Shown: positions 16,307 through 26,691, counted from the stretch's first letter. The stretch: DNA of 64,000 nt from an uncultured Clostridiaceae bacterium (GCA_964427595.1 CAYRUQ010000004.1:4314-68313); one strand, 5' to 3'. Numbers and translations: made by a program. Notes: a model not told the origin generated them from the letters alone.

Positions 16307-17549
16307 ATCTTAATACAGCGAATAATTTCTTACCTCTCTTGACGAAGATATAACCTTCAACAGCATCATTTTCATTGACTGAATAATTCAAATCAGTGAC
16401 TTTCTTTCCGTTTAGTTTAACGGCTCCGTTTGAAACAAATTCTCTTGCTTCTCTCTTAGAAGATGCGAGTTTTAGTTGGATGAGAGCGTCAAGGATATTG
16501 ACAGGTTCACTAGCATCAACTGTGACAAGACCATCAGTGAGTTCTTCTAACTCAGTCGAACTTAATCCGGAAAAGTCTTCGGTGAACAAAGCTAATGACA
16601 TCTTCTCACATTTATCAGCACTCTCTTCTCCATGAAGTGCACTGACTACTACTCTAGCTAATTCTTTTTGACCATTTCTAGCTTCTGGATGCTCCAAGTG
16701 AGCTTTATAGATTTCATCGATTTCTTTGATGTCTCTATCATCGAAAATATAGAGATATTTAAGAACATCACTATCAGAGACATTCATGAAGTATTGATAT
16801 ATCCGATAAGGTGAAGTCATCTCAGGATCAAGATATAAAGCTCCACTTTCAGACTTGCCAAATTTCTTTCCGTTAGAATCAGTGATCAGTTTGAAGGAGA
16901 AGACTTCAGCATCGACATCTTGTCCTTCTTTTTTCTTGACGAAATCAAGAGCGGTAGTGAGATTACCCCATTGATCTCCGCCACCAAATTGAATGGTGCA
17001 GTGATATTGGTTGTAAAGGATATCAAAATCGCCAGCCTGTAAGATCATATAGGAGAACTCTGCATAAGAGATACCAGCTTCTAAACGAGATTTAACAGTC
17101 TCTTTGGCAAGCATGTAACCGACTTGGAAGAACTTGCCATATTCCCTTAAATAAGAGAGAACATTCAAATCTTTCCAGTGGTCGATATTGTTGACAATTA
17201 GACCTTTTTCAGGATCAGAAGTATCGATGTATTTCTCTAATTGCTTACGGATAGCATCAGAATTTTTTAAGACATCATCGGCACCTAAGAATTTTCTCTC
17301 AGATTTCTTACCAGATGGATCACCTATCATGCCTGTTGCACCACCAAGAACAGCGATGACTCGATGACCAGCTTTTTGAAGTCTCTGTAAAGCCTTGATC
17401 ATGATGAAGTTTCCGAGCTGAAGAGACTTGGCGCTGGGATCAAATCCACAGTAGATAGTTTGTTTTGTATCTAACATCTTGTGGATATTTTCTTTGTTAG
17501 AAAAACTCTCTAATAAGCCTCTTGTTTCTAAATCATCAAGTATATTCAT
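16296..17549 (-). CDS. tyrS: Tyrosine--tRNA ligase
   Basis: Full-length resemblance to the Bacillus TyrS sequence as recalled from memory. KFGKS (KMSKS) motif and C-terminal S4-like domain. The HIGH box reads SLQLGN instead of SLHIGH. Confidence 0.9.
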   Translation of the reverse strand: MNILDDLETRGLLESFSNKENIHKMLDTKQTIYCGFDPSAKSLQLGNFIMIKALQRLQKAGHRVIAVLGGATGMIGDPSGKKSERKFLGADDVLKNSDAIRKQLEKYIDTSDPEKGLIVNNIDHWKDLNVLSYLREYGKFFQVGYMLAKETVKSRLEAGISYAEFSYMILQAGDFDILYNQYHCTIQFGGGDQWGNLTTALDFVKKKEGQDVDAEVFSFKLITDSNGKKFGKSESGALYLDPEMTSPYRIYQYFMNVSDSDVLKYLYIFDDRDIKEIDEIYKAHLEHPEARNGQKELARVVVSALHGEESADKCEKMSLALFTEDFSGLSSTELEELTDGLVTVDASEPVNILDALIQLKLASSKREAREFVSNGAVKLNGKKVTDLNYSVNENDAVEGYIFVKRGKKLFAVLRFNH

Positions 17550-17601
17550 AAGAAAACCTCGTTCTTGTTCTAAGCACTCTAGAGTATATACTTTTCTGAC
17601 A

Positions 17602-17898
17602 TTAAATTCGATAATAAACGAAGTCTTGTTGAGGGTATTTGCCAGCTAAGTAAAGTGCTTTAGTTCCCATTAAAGTGTACTTGATTTCAGTTGAAAAGAT
17701 ATCTTCAAAACAACCGCTATGGCAGATGTATCTTAAACTCTCAGGTAGTATGAGCCCAGGATAGCCTTCGTTTTCTAAGGCGTTTTCTACTTCAGGTTGA
17801 TACTTTTCAATGAGGAGAGAGAAATTATTTAAGGTAGAGATATCTTGAATGAGTGGGGTAAAGATGAAACAGAGAAGTGAAGCAAAGATAAACTTCAT
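17602..17898 (-). CDS. Small secreted hypothetical protein
   Basis: Signal-peptide-like N-terminus MKFIFASLLCFIFTPLIQ. ATGA overlap with the upstream gene. No known motif. Confidence 0.45.
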   Translation of the reverse strand: MKFIFASLLCFIFTPLIQDISTLNNFSLLIEKYQPEVENALENEGYPGLILPESLRYICHSGCFEDIFSTEIKYTLMGTKALYLAGKYPQQDFVYYRI

Positions 17899-18509
17899 GT
17901 CAAAGAGAAGGCTAAAGTGAAAGCTAAAAGATAGAGAGCCAAAGGAAGATTGATCAAAGGAAAGCTATTCATCCTAGAAAAGGAGAGTTCTTTCTCTCTA
18001 TCATCGATCAGTTTTTCTAATCTCTCTAAGACATCTTTAGAAGTCTCATCAGCAAATAAATTGTTATTAATCAATTCGACTATTTGATTATCGATAGCTG
18101 AGTTAGTCTCACTAACCGGAAGAGAACCTTTAAACTCATTTTCTTGATAGGTTATCAACCTATCTTTTAACTCACAGATAGGAAGCAAAGAAGAGGCTAA
18201 CTTAATACCTTCTTTGTAGTCGTTTTCTAAAGAAGCATAAAGAAGCAAGTTTTTATAGAAAGTAAGTTTTTCTTTTTCGATAGATTCTTTTTTCTTCTCC
18301 TTTTTATTGAGTTTTAAACCATCTAACACATAGTAGATGAGAAAGTAAACACAAAGAGCTGATATCAAAGCTAAAGGAAGATTCATTGTCAAAAATAGTA
18401 GCAGAAGAAACACAAGGATACTAAGAAGCAGAATCCAGAGTGATTTATTAGCATCCTTCTTTTTAGCCTTTGAGTTTGTTTTAAACTTTGCTTTGATTTT
18501 ATCAATCAT
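17895..18509 (-). CDS. Hypothetical membrane protein (2 N-terminal TM, ~110-aa helical cytosolic domain, C-terminal TM)
   Basis: AAAGGAG SD; ATGA overlaps on both sides. Same architecture as the upstream gene. Confidence 0.5.
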   Translation of the reverse strand: MIDKIKAKFKTNSKAKKKDANKSLWILLLSILVFLLLLFLTMNLPLALISALCVYFLIYYVLDGLKLNKKEKKKESIEKEKLTFYKNLLLYASLENDYKEGIKLASSLLPICELKDRLITYQENEFKGSLPVSETNSAIDNQIVELINNNLFADETSKDVLERLEKLIDDREKELSFSRMNSFPLINLPLALYLLAFTLAFSLT

Positions 18510-19186
18510 CTTCCTGCTCCTTTCATTCCAAAGTAGTATTCAAGAAGTAGTGACGGATAAAAGAAACTGACAGCGATAGCAGCGATGAAACTATAGACAT
18601 CTGAACTTAATGCTGCAGTGATGATCGGAGATAGATTGATTATCAAAGATAAGATGAGCAACATAAAAAGAAGAGCTAGTTGAGTCCTATGAAGCGTACT
18701 AGTAAGGCCATCCAATTTCTTCTTCAAAGAGGTGCTTTTTCCTTCGATAATCGATAGTGATTCTCGATAAGAGAGAAGATGAATCTCGTTATCTTTCTCT
18801 TTCTGACACAAGTGTTCTAATAGTTTCTTCTCTTCTTCGTCCGCCTTCAAATCTAAACCTTGGTCGATAAAAGAATCAAAATCTTTGATCTCGACATGAC
18901 CTACTAAGTATTTAGATGCTTTCTCATAGCTCTCTTTAGCACTTTTGTTTTGATCGATTGATGACATGAAAGCATAGAGGAAATTAAAGCTAGCTAACTT
19001 ATCTTCGTTTTGCTTTCTGATTGTTATGCATTTTTTCAATATCAAAAAAGAGAGAAGCAGAGTCAAAAGAAAACAAAGAAGAGAGATCAACTTGTTGGTG
19101 AAAAGAAAGAAATAAAACAACGAACAGAGCAGAAGTCCGAAAGTGACTGTCTTATCGTCTTTTATTACAGATACTAAATCTTTCAT
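18506..19186 (-). CDS. Hypothetical membrane protein (2 N-terminal TM, helical cytosolic domain, 2 C-terminal TM)
   Basis: Start moved from 19204 to ATG 19186 (MKDLVS), which has an AAAGGAG SD 8 nt upstream. Confidence 0.5.
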   Translation of the reverse strand: MKDLVSVIKDDKTVTFGLLLCSLFYFFLFTNKLISLLCFLLTLLLSFLILKKCITIRKQNEDKLASFNFLYAFMSSIDQNKSAKESYEKASKYLVGHVEIKDFDSFIDQGLDLKADEEEKKLLEHLCQKEKDNEIHLLSYRESLSIIEGKSTSLKKKLDGLTSTLHRTQLALLFMLLILSLIINLSPIITAALSSDVYSFIAAIAVSFFYPSLLLEYYFGMKGAGR

Positions 19187-19240
19187 CGACAAGACTCCTT
19201 TCATCTATTGTTAGAAAAGGAGCTTTCATTTGTTCAAAGA

Positions 19241-19642
19241 TTAACGACAATCAGCTAACATGGTGAGAAATTCATGTATCGCCTTCATCTTCATTCGGTA
19301 ATAGCTTGATTTAGAGTAAGTGCCACGCCACCAGTTGTCGTGGATGCCTCTAAAATAGGAACGCCAAAGGATATTGCCGTATTGTGACTCTATCGAGTTG
19401 AGAAGAAAGATAATTGAGATGATATATCTTCCTCTTTCGTTTTCTTTATCAAGAATACCAGTCTTGACAAAACTGATCGTCTTTCTGACAGATGGGATGA
19501 TATCATCCTTCCCATCGAATAAAACGCTCATCTCTTCTGGATAAGAGATAAAAAGAAAGTTACAACTAGAGAGAAAGACATCTCTGATTGCCTTCATCTT
19601 TTTGTTGAGTAGCGCATTTGATTTTTTGTTGTCCAATATCAT
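19241..19642 (-). CDS. Small putative transcription regulator with a sigma-70 region-4 / ArpU-RinA-like C-terminus
   Basis: C-terminus ILWRSYFRGIHDNWWRGTYSKSSYYRMKMKAIHEFLTML matches the pattern ..iL...Y......i...l..S.sTYYR.K.KAl..F of region-4-like HTH proteins. Assignment is by eye only. Confidence 0.35.
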   Translation of the reverse strand: MILDNKKSNALLNKKMKAIRDVFLSSCNFLFISYPEEMSVLFDGKDDIIPSVRKTISFVKTGILDKENERGRYIISIIFLLNSIESQYGNILWRSYFRGIHDNWWRGTYSKSSYYRMKMKAIHEFLTMLADCR

Positions 19643-19759
19643 TGTGTGAGCCTCTGCGAAAATTAAATGATTTTTCTCCTTCTATGAGACGAAATTGACA
19701 AAATATGAGACTCTAAAGGGACTTATCTACCAAAACAGACTAACAAACACAAACTAGTG

Positions 19760-20848
19760 TTAATCACATAAACCAAGAAAAATACTATCTAAGATATAAA
19801 AATATTCTTCTTTAACTGCGACTGATCGGTCTGTAATCAGTAGAAAATCCTTTTCTTTTTCTAAACCTTTTTTGTAAGTAGAGAGAAAATCTTTGTTGAA
19901 TCGTCTTTGATATTCACTAAGAGATATACCTTCTTTTAATCTCAAAGAAAGCATCAAGAATTCAAATTCTTCGTCACTTTTAGTGATCTCCTCACTCTTC
20001 TTTTTGTTCTCGCCTTTTAAATACTCGGTGAGAGATAGTGTGTTTTGAGTTCGTAGATTTCCCACATAACTAGAAGCACCTAAACCAGCTGCGTAGTATT
20101 CTTCATCTCGCCAATAAGTCAAATTGTGTTCACACTCAAAAGAAGGTAGGGCAAAGTTAGAAATTTCATAATGTGTATACCCGTGATTTCTCAGTTGTTG
20201 GCAGATGAATTTATATTCTTCGGATAATAGGTCTTCATTTAAAGTCTCTGTTCGTCTGATTTTAAAGAGCGTTCCTTCTTCCACTTGGAGAGAATAAAAA
20301 GATAAGTGCTCAGGCTTGAAGCTCAACGCAAAGTCGATGTCTTTCTCTAAATCTTTTAAAGTAGTGTTTTCTAATCCATAAATGAAGTCGAGATTGAGAT
20401 TATTAAACCCAGCTTCTCTGATCAGATTGATAGCTTTAGTAACTGACGAAGAAGTATGACAACGACCTAGTTTTTTTAGAATCTGATCATCGCTTGATTG
20501 AACTCCGAGTGAGATTCTATTGATTCCATATCTTTTTAATATCTGCAGTTTGGAAGATGAAAGCGACTCCGGATTACATTCTATCGAATATTCTTTAACA
20601 CTAGGGAAATGATGCTCTAGATAAGAAAGAAGGGTGATCAAATCCTTCTCATCTAAAGCAGAGGGTGTTCCTCCTCCGATATAGATAGTTTTCAAACTAT
20701 CAAACGGAATGTTTAAAGACTCTATCTCTTCAATCAATTTATCGATGTATAAAGAGGTGTCAAAATAGGATTTCAACACCTTAGGAAAGTCACAATATGC
20801 ACAGATATGATCACAAAAGGGGATATGGAGATAGAGTGCTTTTATCAT
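19760..20848 (-). CDS. hemW: Radical SAM heme chaperone HemW (HemN-like, oxygen-independent)
   Basis: HIPFCDHICAYCDF (CxxxCxxC). 362 aa. Sits in the lepA neighbourhood as in Firmicutes. Confidence 0.85.
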   Translation of the reverse strand: MIKALYLHIPFCDHICAYCDFPKVLKSYFDTSLYIDKLIEEIESLNIPFDSLKTIYIGGGTPSALDEKDLITLLSYLEHHFPSVKEYSIECNPESLSSSKLQILKRYGINRISLGVQSSDDQILKKLGRCHTSSSVTKAINLIREAGFNNLNLDFIYGLENTTLKDLEKDIDFALSFKPEHLSFYSLQVEEGTLFKIRRTETLNEDLLSEEYKFICQQLRNHGYTHYEISNFALPSFECEHNLTYWRDEEYYAAGLGASSYVGNLRTQNTLSLTEYLKGENKKKSEEITKSDEEFEFLMLSLRLKEGISLSEYQRRFNKDFLSTYKKGLEKEKDFLLITDRSVAVKEEYFYILDSIFLGLCD

Positions 20849-21159
20849 CGATTGAAATCTTTATAATCCTGTTTTATTTGAACGATGAGACTATCGATAT
20901 CGATATCAGTCAAGATGATGCCGAGCTCTTGTTCTCTTTTTTGTAAATAGGCGATTATCTCTTCTTTCAATATCGTTTTTTCTTTAGGTTTAACGATATA
21001 AGTATCGATCGTTTCTTTAGCGAATTCTTTCTCTTCTTTCTCTTCTTTATGAAGTTTGAAGATAGGGACGAATTTTAAAATTAAAACTATAACCATCACA
21101 AGGATGGTGATGACTATTAATGTGGTACCCCAAAGAGGAAACTCAGCTAACACTAACAT
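20845..21159 (-). CDS. Small single-pass membrane protein, unknown function
   Basis: ATG 21159 lies 7 nt after AAGGAGG. TGATG overlap with the upstream stop and ATGA overlap with hemW. Confidence 0.45.
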   Translation of the reverse strand: MLVLAEFPLWGTTLIVITILVMVIVLILKFVPIFKLHKEEKEEKEFAKETIDTYIVKPKEKTILKEEIIAYLQKREQELGIILTDIDIDSLIVQIKQDYKDFNR

Positions 21160-22430
21160 CAAAATTCCTCCTTTCTAGGAATAGGTGAGTAAATGAACTT
21201 ATTATTGATTTTATCTTTCTTGTAGAAACCTCTTCTAGCCAAATCATCCATCGAGGTTCTAGCTGTTTCATAAACGGTCTTCTCAGCTTCCTTAAAGTCG
21301 TTGACTGTGTAGTGAAGACCGATCGTGCAATGTCCCGCATAGAAGTGAGCCTGTTTTCTTTTTAAATCAGGGTAGAGCTTAATCAATCTATCTGCTATCT
21401 CATTGATTTCTATATAAGTTTCAGGTGGGAAGAAAGGTAGTGCTTTTTCATTGCTTTCAGTATCTTCCGTTTCTTCTGTTTCTTCAGAAGGTTTTTCTTC
21501 AGAAGAAGCGAGTGTCTCTCTGATTTCTTTTTCGTTATTTTCTAAAGAAGTGAGAAGCGCTAATACTGCATAAGTGAGATCTGAATTATCTTGAGTCGCC
21601 TTCAATCTAGAGAAGATCTTCTTATTTTTATTAAAGGAGAGAGTCTCAATCGCTAAAGAGATAGCAGCTAGAGTGAAACCAGAGTTAGCTAGAACTGCTT
21701 TAACTAAGATAGAAGCTGTCTCCTCATTTGAATACTCGTAAGGCTTTACTGATAGGAAGAAATAAACGATGATTATAGCCTTCAAAACTAAAGGAATCTC
21801 TTGATCGTTGATCGTATCAACAAGAGAATCAAGCATTCTTTCAATTTGAGTGTGGTCAGGTTGAGTAAGTGGATTTGAGAAATCCTCAATCGTACTTGCT
21901 CTATAACGAGTTTTACTTTCTTCGTCCTCCATTATCAGAAGCTTGTTGATATTATCAATCAAATCTCTATTAATCTCATCAGCTTGCAAAAACTTGATAT
22001 AAGCGTGGTTATAAGCCTCGGCCATAGAAAGCTCAACTGGGATATTAGAAAGGCTTCCGGAGATGATTTTTCTCAAAGAGTTATCACTTGGGGTCAAGCC
22101 ATTAGACTGGCAAAGAATAGAGAGAGCTTTCAATTTGAACTCATTAGTAAGCTCAAATCTTTCTGTCAAAGTTAAAGAGAAGAATTTCAATTCATTTTTC
22201 AAAAGTTTTCTTTCTAAAGCATAAGCTCTCGAAAGGAGCGTAGAAGTTAAGCAGATAGAATAGAAGTTATCATCTCCATCTCTTAAAGGTGTTTGATAGT
22301 CATAATAACTTCGATAGTCACGGACTTTTCTTAAAGTATCGGCGATATCATCGGTATTGTAATAGTTTGCGATCTCTTCTTTAGTGGCGTAAAAGATGTC
22401 AGTGAATCTCTTTCCTTGTTCGTTTCTCAT
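21159..22430 (-). CDS. Fic-fold-like protein with degenerate active-site motif and C-terminal winged-helix-like domain
   Basis: IVYFFLSVKPYEYSNEETASILVKAVL sits where Fic proteins carry IHPFxDGNGRxxR. The C-terminus (TARTSMDDLARRGFYKK) resembles a Fic-associated wHTH. Start moved to ATG 22430, 1 nt after the lepA TGA. Confidence 0.4.
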   Translation of the reverse strand: MRNEQGKRFTDIFYATKEEIANYYNTDDIADTLRKVRDYRSYYDYQTPLRDGDDNFYSICLTSTLLSRAYALERKLLKNELKFFSLTLTERFELTNEFKLKALSILCQSNGLTPSDNSLRKIISGSLSNIPVELSMAEAYNHAYIKFLQADEINRDLIDNINKLLIMEDEESKTRYRASTIEDFSNPLTQPDHTQIERMLDSLVDTINDQEIPLVLKAIIIVYFFLSVKPYEYSNEETASILVKAVLANSGFTLAAISLAIETLSFNKNKKIFSRLKATQDNSDLTYAVLALLTSLENNEKEIRETLASSEEKPSEETEETEDTESNEKALPFFPPETYIEINEIADRLIKLYPDLKRKQAHFYAGHCTIGLHYTVNDFKEAEKTVYETARTSMDDLARRGFYKKDKINNKFIYSPIPRKEEF

Positions 22431-22431
22431 A

Positions 22432-24249
22432 TCAGTTATTCCCCTCATCGACGGTGAGGACAGCGATGAATGCCTCTTGTGGTACTTGAACTTTACCAAA
22501 CTCTCTCATACGCTTCTTTCCTCTCTTCTGCTTCTCTAATAATTTCTTCTTTCTAGTGATGTCGCCTCCATAGCATTTGGCAAGAACATCTTTTCTGACA
22601 GCTTTGATATCGGTTCTAGCGATTATCTTGTTACCTAATGAGGCTTGAACAGGTATTTCAAATTGTTGACGTGGTATAACTTCTTTTAATTTATCGACGA
22701 CCGCTCTCGCTTTTGAATAGGCGGTCAACCTAAAGACGATCGTCGTTAGAGCATCAACAGGCTCTCCATTTAATAGGATGTCCATTCTTTCGACATCTGA
22801 CTTATCATAACCCGTGACTTCATAGTCTAAAGAAGCATATCCTTGAGAAACTGATTTGAGCTTATCGAAGAAGTTGAAGACGATTTCACTGAGTGGCATG
22901 TTGTACTCAAGAAGAACTCTTGTCTCATCGATATAACTCATATTGAGGTATTCACCTCGACGGTTTTGACATAAAGTCATGATGTTTCCAACATATTGTT
23001 TTGGAGTCATTATTTCCACTTTGGCAAAAGGTTCATATGTCTCTTTGACTTTAGTTCTATCTTTAGGAAAATCTGCTGGATTTTGAATCATTTCCTGATG
23101 TCCATCGGTAAAGACGACTTTATAGACGACAGAAGGTGCTGAGCAGAGAAGGTCGATATCATATTCATCTTCTAGTCTCTCTTGAATGACTTCCATGTGA
23201 AGAAGTCCTAGAAATCCGCATCTGAAACCAGAACCGAGAGCTGCTGAAGTCTCTGGTTCATAAACTAAAGCGGCATCATTAAGAGAGAGTTTATCTAAGG
23301 CGTTATGAAGGTTTTCAAAATCGCCATTATCACTAGGATAAAGACCAGCGAATACCATTGGTTGAGTCTTTCTAAACCCTTCTAAAGGTTCTTTTGTCGG
23401 GTTATCATTTAAGGTGATCGTATCACCGACTGATATCTCTTTGATGTCTTTGATAGAGGCACAAAGATAACCGACTTCTCCGGATTTTAATTCACCAGTT
23501 TTCTTCTCTTTAGGAGTTCTGATGCCGACTTCGGTGACCTGGAAAACAGAATCGTTGGACATCAGCTTGATCTTATCTCCGACTTTGACTGTTCCAGAAA
23601 AGACACGAAGAAGAACGACGACACCTCTATAAGAATCAAACTTAGAATCAAAAATCAAAGCTTTCAATGGTTTATTGTCATCACCTTTAGGAGATGGTAA
23701 GTCTTCGACGATATGCTCTAATAATTCTTCGATTCCTTTTCCAGTCTTAGCTGAGACATCGATGCATTTTTCAGGATCGATACCTAAAGTATCAATAAGT
23801 TCTAACTGGCATCTTTCTACATCAGCTGAAGGAAGATCAACCTTGTTGATGACCGGTAAAATCTTAAGTCCATTATCAATAGCTAAATAACCATTTGCTA
23901 AGGTTTGAGCTTGCACCCCTTGAGTAGCATCAACAACTAAAATCGCACCCTCACAAGCGCTAAGTGATCTCGAGACCTCATAAGTGAAGTCAACATGCCC
24001 AGGAGTATCGATCAAATTTAGGAGATATTCCTCTCCATTCTTAGCTTTGTAAGTGGCGCTGACAGCGTTGAGTTTGATCGTGATTCCTCTTTCTCTTTCA
24101 ATCGACATATCATCTAAAAGTTGAGGTTGAAGTTCACGCATCTCAACAGCACCCGTCTTTTCAAGGATACGGTCACAAAGGGTTGATTTGCCATGATCGA
24201 TATGAGCGACCACGCAGAAGTTTCTGATGTGTTCTTTGTCGAAGTTCAT
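22432..24249 (-). CDS. lepA: Elongation factor 4
   Basis: [27 protein letters not shown], and the conserved LepA C-terminal domain. 605 aa. Confidence 0.95.
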   Translation of the reverse strand: MNFDKEHIRNFCVVAHIDHGKSTLCDRILEKTGAVEMRELQPQLLDDMSIERERGITIKLNAVSATYKAKNGEEYLLNLIDTPGHVDFTYEVSRSLSACEGAILVVDATQGVQAQTLANGYLAIDNGLKILPVINKVDLPSADVERCQLELIDTLGIDPEKCIDVSAKTGKGIEELLEHIVEDLPSPKGDDNKPLKALIFDSKFDSYRGVVVLLRVFSGTVKVGDKIKLMSNDSVFQVTEVGIRTPKEKKTGELKSGEVGYLCASIKDIKEISVGDTITLNDNPTKEPLEGFRKTQPMVFAGLYPSDNGDFENLHNALDKLSLNDAALVYEPETSAALGSGFRCGFLGLLHMEVIQERLEDEYDIDLLCSAPSVVYKVVFTDGHQEMIQNPADFPKDRTKVKETYEPFAKVEIMTPKQYVGNIMTLCQNRRGEYLNMSYIDETRVLLEYNMPLSEIVFNFFDKLKSVSQGYASLDYEVTGYDKSDVERMDILLNGEPVDALTTIVFRLTAYSKARAVVDKLKEVIPRQQFEIPVQASLGNKIIARTDIKAVRKDVLAKCYGGDITRKKKLLEKQKRGKKRMREFGKVQVPQEAFIAVLTVDEGNN

Positions 24250-26639
24250 ACTTTTTCCTCCTTGAAGAAACGCTTGAGAGTTGACTTGACTTGGCTAGGT
24301 GAGATGGCCTTAACCGCTTGTGGATAAGTTCCTAATATCTCTTCTTTATATGTTTTGTTTGCGAATCTCTGATCGATGAAGAGAATGAATCCTTTATCCT
24401 CTGGTGTTCTGATGACTCGACCAGCAGCTTGAAAGACTTTATTTAAACCAGGATAAGCATAAGCGTAGAGATAACCTTTTTGTTTATTCTCTTCATCATC
24501 GAAGTATTCTTTAATTTTATCTCTTTCAAAATTGATTTGTGGTATTCCAACCGAGATGATGATGGCTCCTATTAATCTATCACCGACTAAATCGATACCT
24601 TCTGAGAAGATGCCACCTAAAACTAAAACACCGATTGTTGTTTTAACATTGTCACTTTGAAATCGACTGAGGAAGTTTTCTTTCTCTAACTCATTCATCG
24701 ACTTCTCTTGGAAGAAAATATCAGTATCTTCTAAAGGATCAGTTTCAAAGTACCTTTTTAGATTACTTAAATATTCATAAGAAGGACAGAAAATGAAAAA
24801 ATTACCTTTCACTGAAGTGACTGCTGCTTTGATCAGTTCATAGATATGAGGAAGAGTATTTTCTCTTTGAGAATACTTCAAAGAATAGAGAGTACTGATT
24901 AGAACCTTGCAATTTTCTTTAGGGAATGGAGATTCTAAAACTAATCTATCAGTGATATTTTCTCCACCACCTAATAAATCGATGTAATAATCCTTAGGAG
25001 ACAGAGTGGCAGAAAAGAAGATTGAACTTTTAAAACGAGAGACGATATCAGTGATGTATTGTCTACTTGCGATATTTGCGATTTTTAAAGCTATCACTTC
25101 GGCGTCTCTATTTAACATCAAATAAAAACAGAAGTTCTCTCTATCATTAGAACTGATCTCAAGAAGTGATTGAAAATCCATCAAAGTGTAGAAGAGATCC
25201 ATCAGTTTATCTTCGACTAACTCCGGATATTTCTTAAAACAGTCTCTTAATTCATCAACCAAATCAGAGACTAACTCGACGATTTCTTCAGGTATATTTT
25301 CTATCTCGTAAATGAGTTCTTTGATGAAGGTTTGAGAAGAAGTATCTATCTCAAATTCGTTAAATAAGTTGATGAGTTTAGCGAGATTTCTATGAACGAG
25401 TCTATATTCGTCACCACTAGCTAAATGATGAGCTTCTTTGAGTACTTCTTTAGTCAAAACAGCTGAATAGAGTTCTCTTACTCTATCTGGTAAGTTGTGA
25501 CATTCATCAATGAGAAGATAGTTATTTCTAAGATCACCTTCATCAAGAAAACGAAGAGCGACATCTGGATTGAAGATATAGGTGTAATCACAGATTAAAA
25601 CATCCATGAATTTTGAGATCTCAAACTGGAATTGATAAGGACACATCACATTTTTATAACAAGCATCTTTGATCACTTCTTTGTCGATGATGTCGTTAAC
25701 ATATAGAACATCCAAAATGACATCTAATAGTTTGTCATAGAAATTTCTTGCGAAAGGACATTCATCAGGATTGCAGTGTCCTTTCTTATCATTAAAACAG
25801 ATGTTATCTCTAGCTGTGAATTCTTCACATTTAGCTTTAGAACCCATGTTCGCAAAGAGTTTTAAAGTGCCAACTGCTATTTTCTTAATTGAGTTTTTAC
25901 TAGTTAAATAGAATATTTGATCCGCTTTATGCTCTGAGAATCTCTTAAGACTCGGATAGAGGACAGAGACGGTTTTACCGATACCAGTAGGGGCTTCGAT
26001 ATAGACATTTCTATTTTCATCTTCCGCTTTTGAGATGAAATCCATCATCCTTTGCTGCCCTTTTCTAACAGATGCAAAGGGGAACTGAATATCTCTCCAA
26101 GATTCATCTCTTTCTACTTTCATCTTTTGAATCTTAGAGATGAAACGGACAAATCTGATGACTAAATCATTGATGTAGGAAGAGAGTTCTTCATAGGTGT
26201 AGATTCGTTTGATGTGTTTGATTAATTTCGTGTTTCTTTGACTGATGTAAGTCAGTTGAACAGCCATGTTTTCTAAAGAGTGTTGTTTTGCATACATGTA
26301 GGCATAAAACATCGCTTGTCCCAAATGCCATTCACCTTGTTCAAGAATGAAGTCATCAAGTTTTGCATTGGTGGTTTTGATCTCTTCGATCACATAATTA
26401 AGACCATCGTTGAAGAGACCATCGGCTTTGCCGGAGACTTTGACTTGAAAATCATCAACATAAAAAGTCTCCGAAAGCGAATATTCAGCTTGATAACCAG
26501 AGACCTGCTTGCTTTGATAGTAGCGATGTAAATTGCTACCCTCATTCATGCTGGTTTGGTTGAAAATTCTAATGTCTAAGTGGCCTCTTCTAAGGAGAGT
26601 ATCCACGATATCATGTACTGACAAAGATAGAGTATGCAT
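24246..26639 (-). CDS. DinG/XPD(Rad3)-family Fe-S helicase with N-terminal PD-(D/E)xK (RecB/Cas4-like) nuclease domain
   Basis: N-terminus has [22 protein letters not shown] (D, ExK, QxxxY). Walker [14 protein letters not shown]-like LIDECHNL, Cys cluster C..C..C plus MCPY. Confidence 0.7.
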   Translation of the reverse strand: MHTLSLSVHDIVDTLLRRGHLDIRIFNQTSMNEGSNLHRYYQSKQVSGYQAEYSLSETFYVDDFQVKVSGKADGLFNDGLNYVIEEIKTTNAKLDDFILEQGEWHLGQAMFYAYMYAKQHSLENMAVQLTYISQRNTKLIKHIKRIYTYEELSSYINDLVIRFVRFISKIQKMKVERDESWRDIQFPFASVRKGQQRMMDFISKAEDENRNVYIEAPTGIGKTVSVLYPSLKRFSEHKADQIFYLTSKNSIKKIAVGTLKLFANMGSKAKCEEFTARDNICFNDKKGHCNPDECPFARNFYDKLLDVILDVLYVNDIIDKEVIKDACYKNVMCPYQFQFEISKFMDVLICDYTYIFNPDVALRFLDEGDLRNNYLLIDECHNLPDRVRELYSAVLTKEVLKEAHHLASGDEYRLVHRNLAKLINLFNEFEIDTSSQTFIKELIYEIENIPEEIVELVSDLVDELRDCFKKYPELVEDKLMDLFYTLMDFQSLLEISSNDRENFCFYLMLNRDAEVIALKIANIASRQYITDIVSRFKSSIFFSATLSPKDYYIDLLGGGENITDRLVLESPFPKENCKVLISTLYSLKYSQRENTLPHIYELIKAAVTSVKGNFFIFCPSYEYLSNLKRYFETDPLEDTDIFFQEKSMNELEKENFLSRFQSDNVKTTIGVLVLGGIFSEGIDLVGDRLIGAIIISVGIPQINFERDKIKEYFDDEENKQKGYLYAYAYPGLNKVFQAAGRVIRTPEDKGFILFIDQRFANKTYKEEILGTYPQAVKAISPSQVKSTLKRFFKEEKV

Positions 26640-26691
26640 AACGCATGATATTCTACCATTTTTTTACTAATTTCTCTGTTATTCTTCTATC

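Noticed and set aside
17550-17601. GAGTGCTTAGAAC upstream of tyrS resembles a CIRCE half-site; I also looked for a T-box leader.
   Set aside because: Only one arm is present, with no inverted partner at 9-nt spacing. The 52-nt gap is far too short for a T-box.
17895-19186. Calling the two membrane proteins TadB/TadC (GspF-like) pilus platform proteins.
   Set aside because: The resemblance is only architectural. No secretion ATPase, prepilin, or prepilin peptidase gene lies nearby. Kept as a hypothesis inside the finding.
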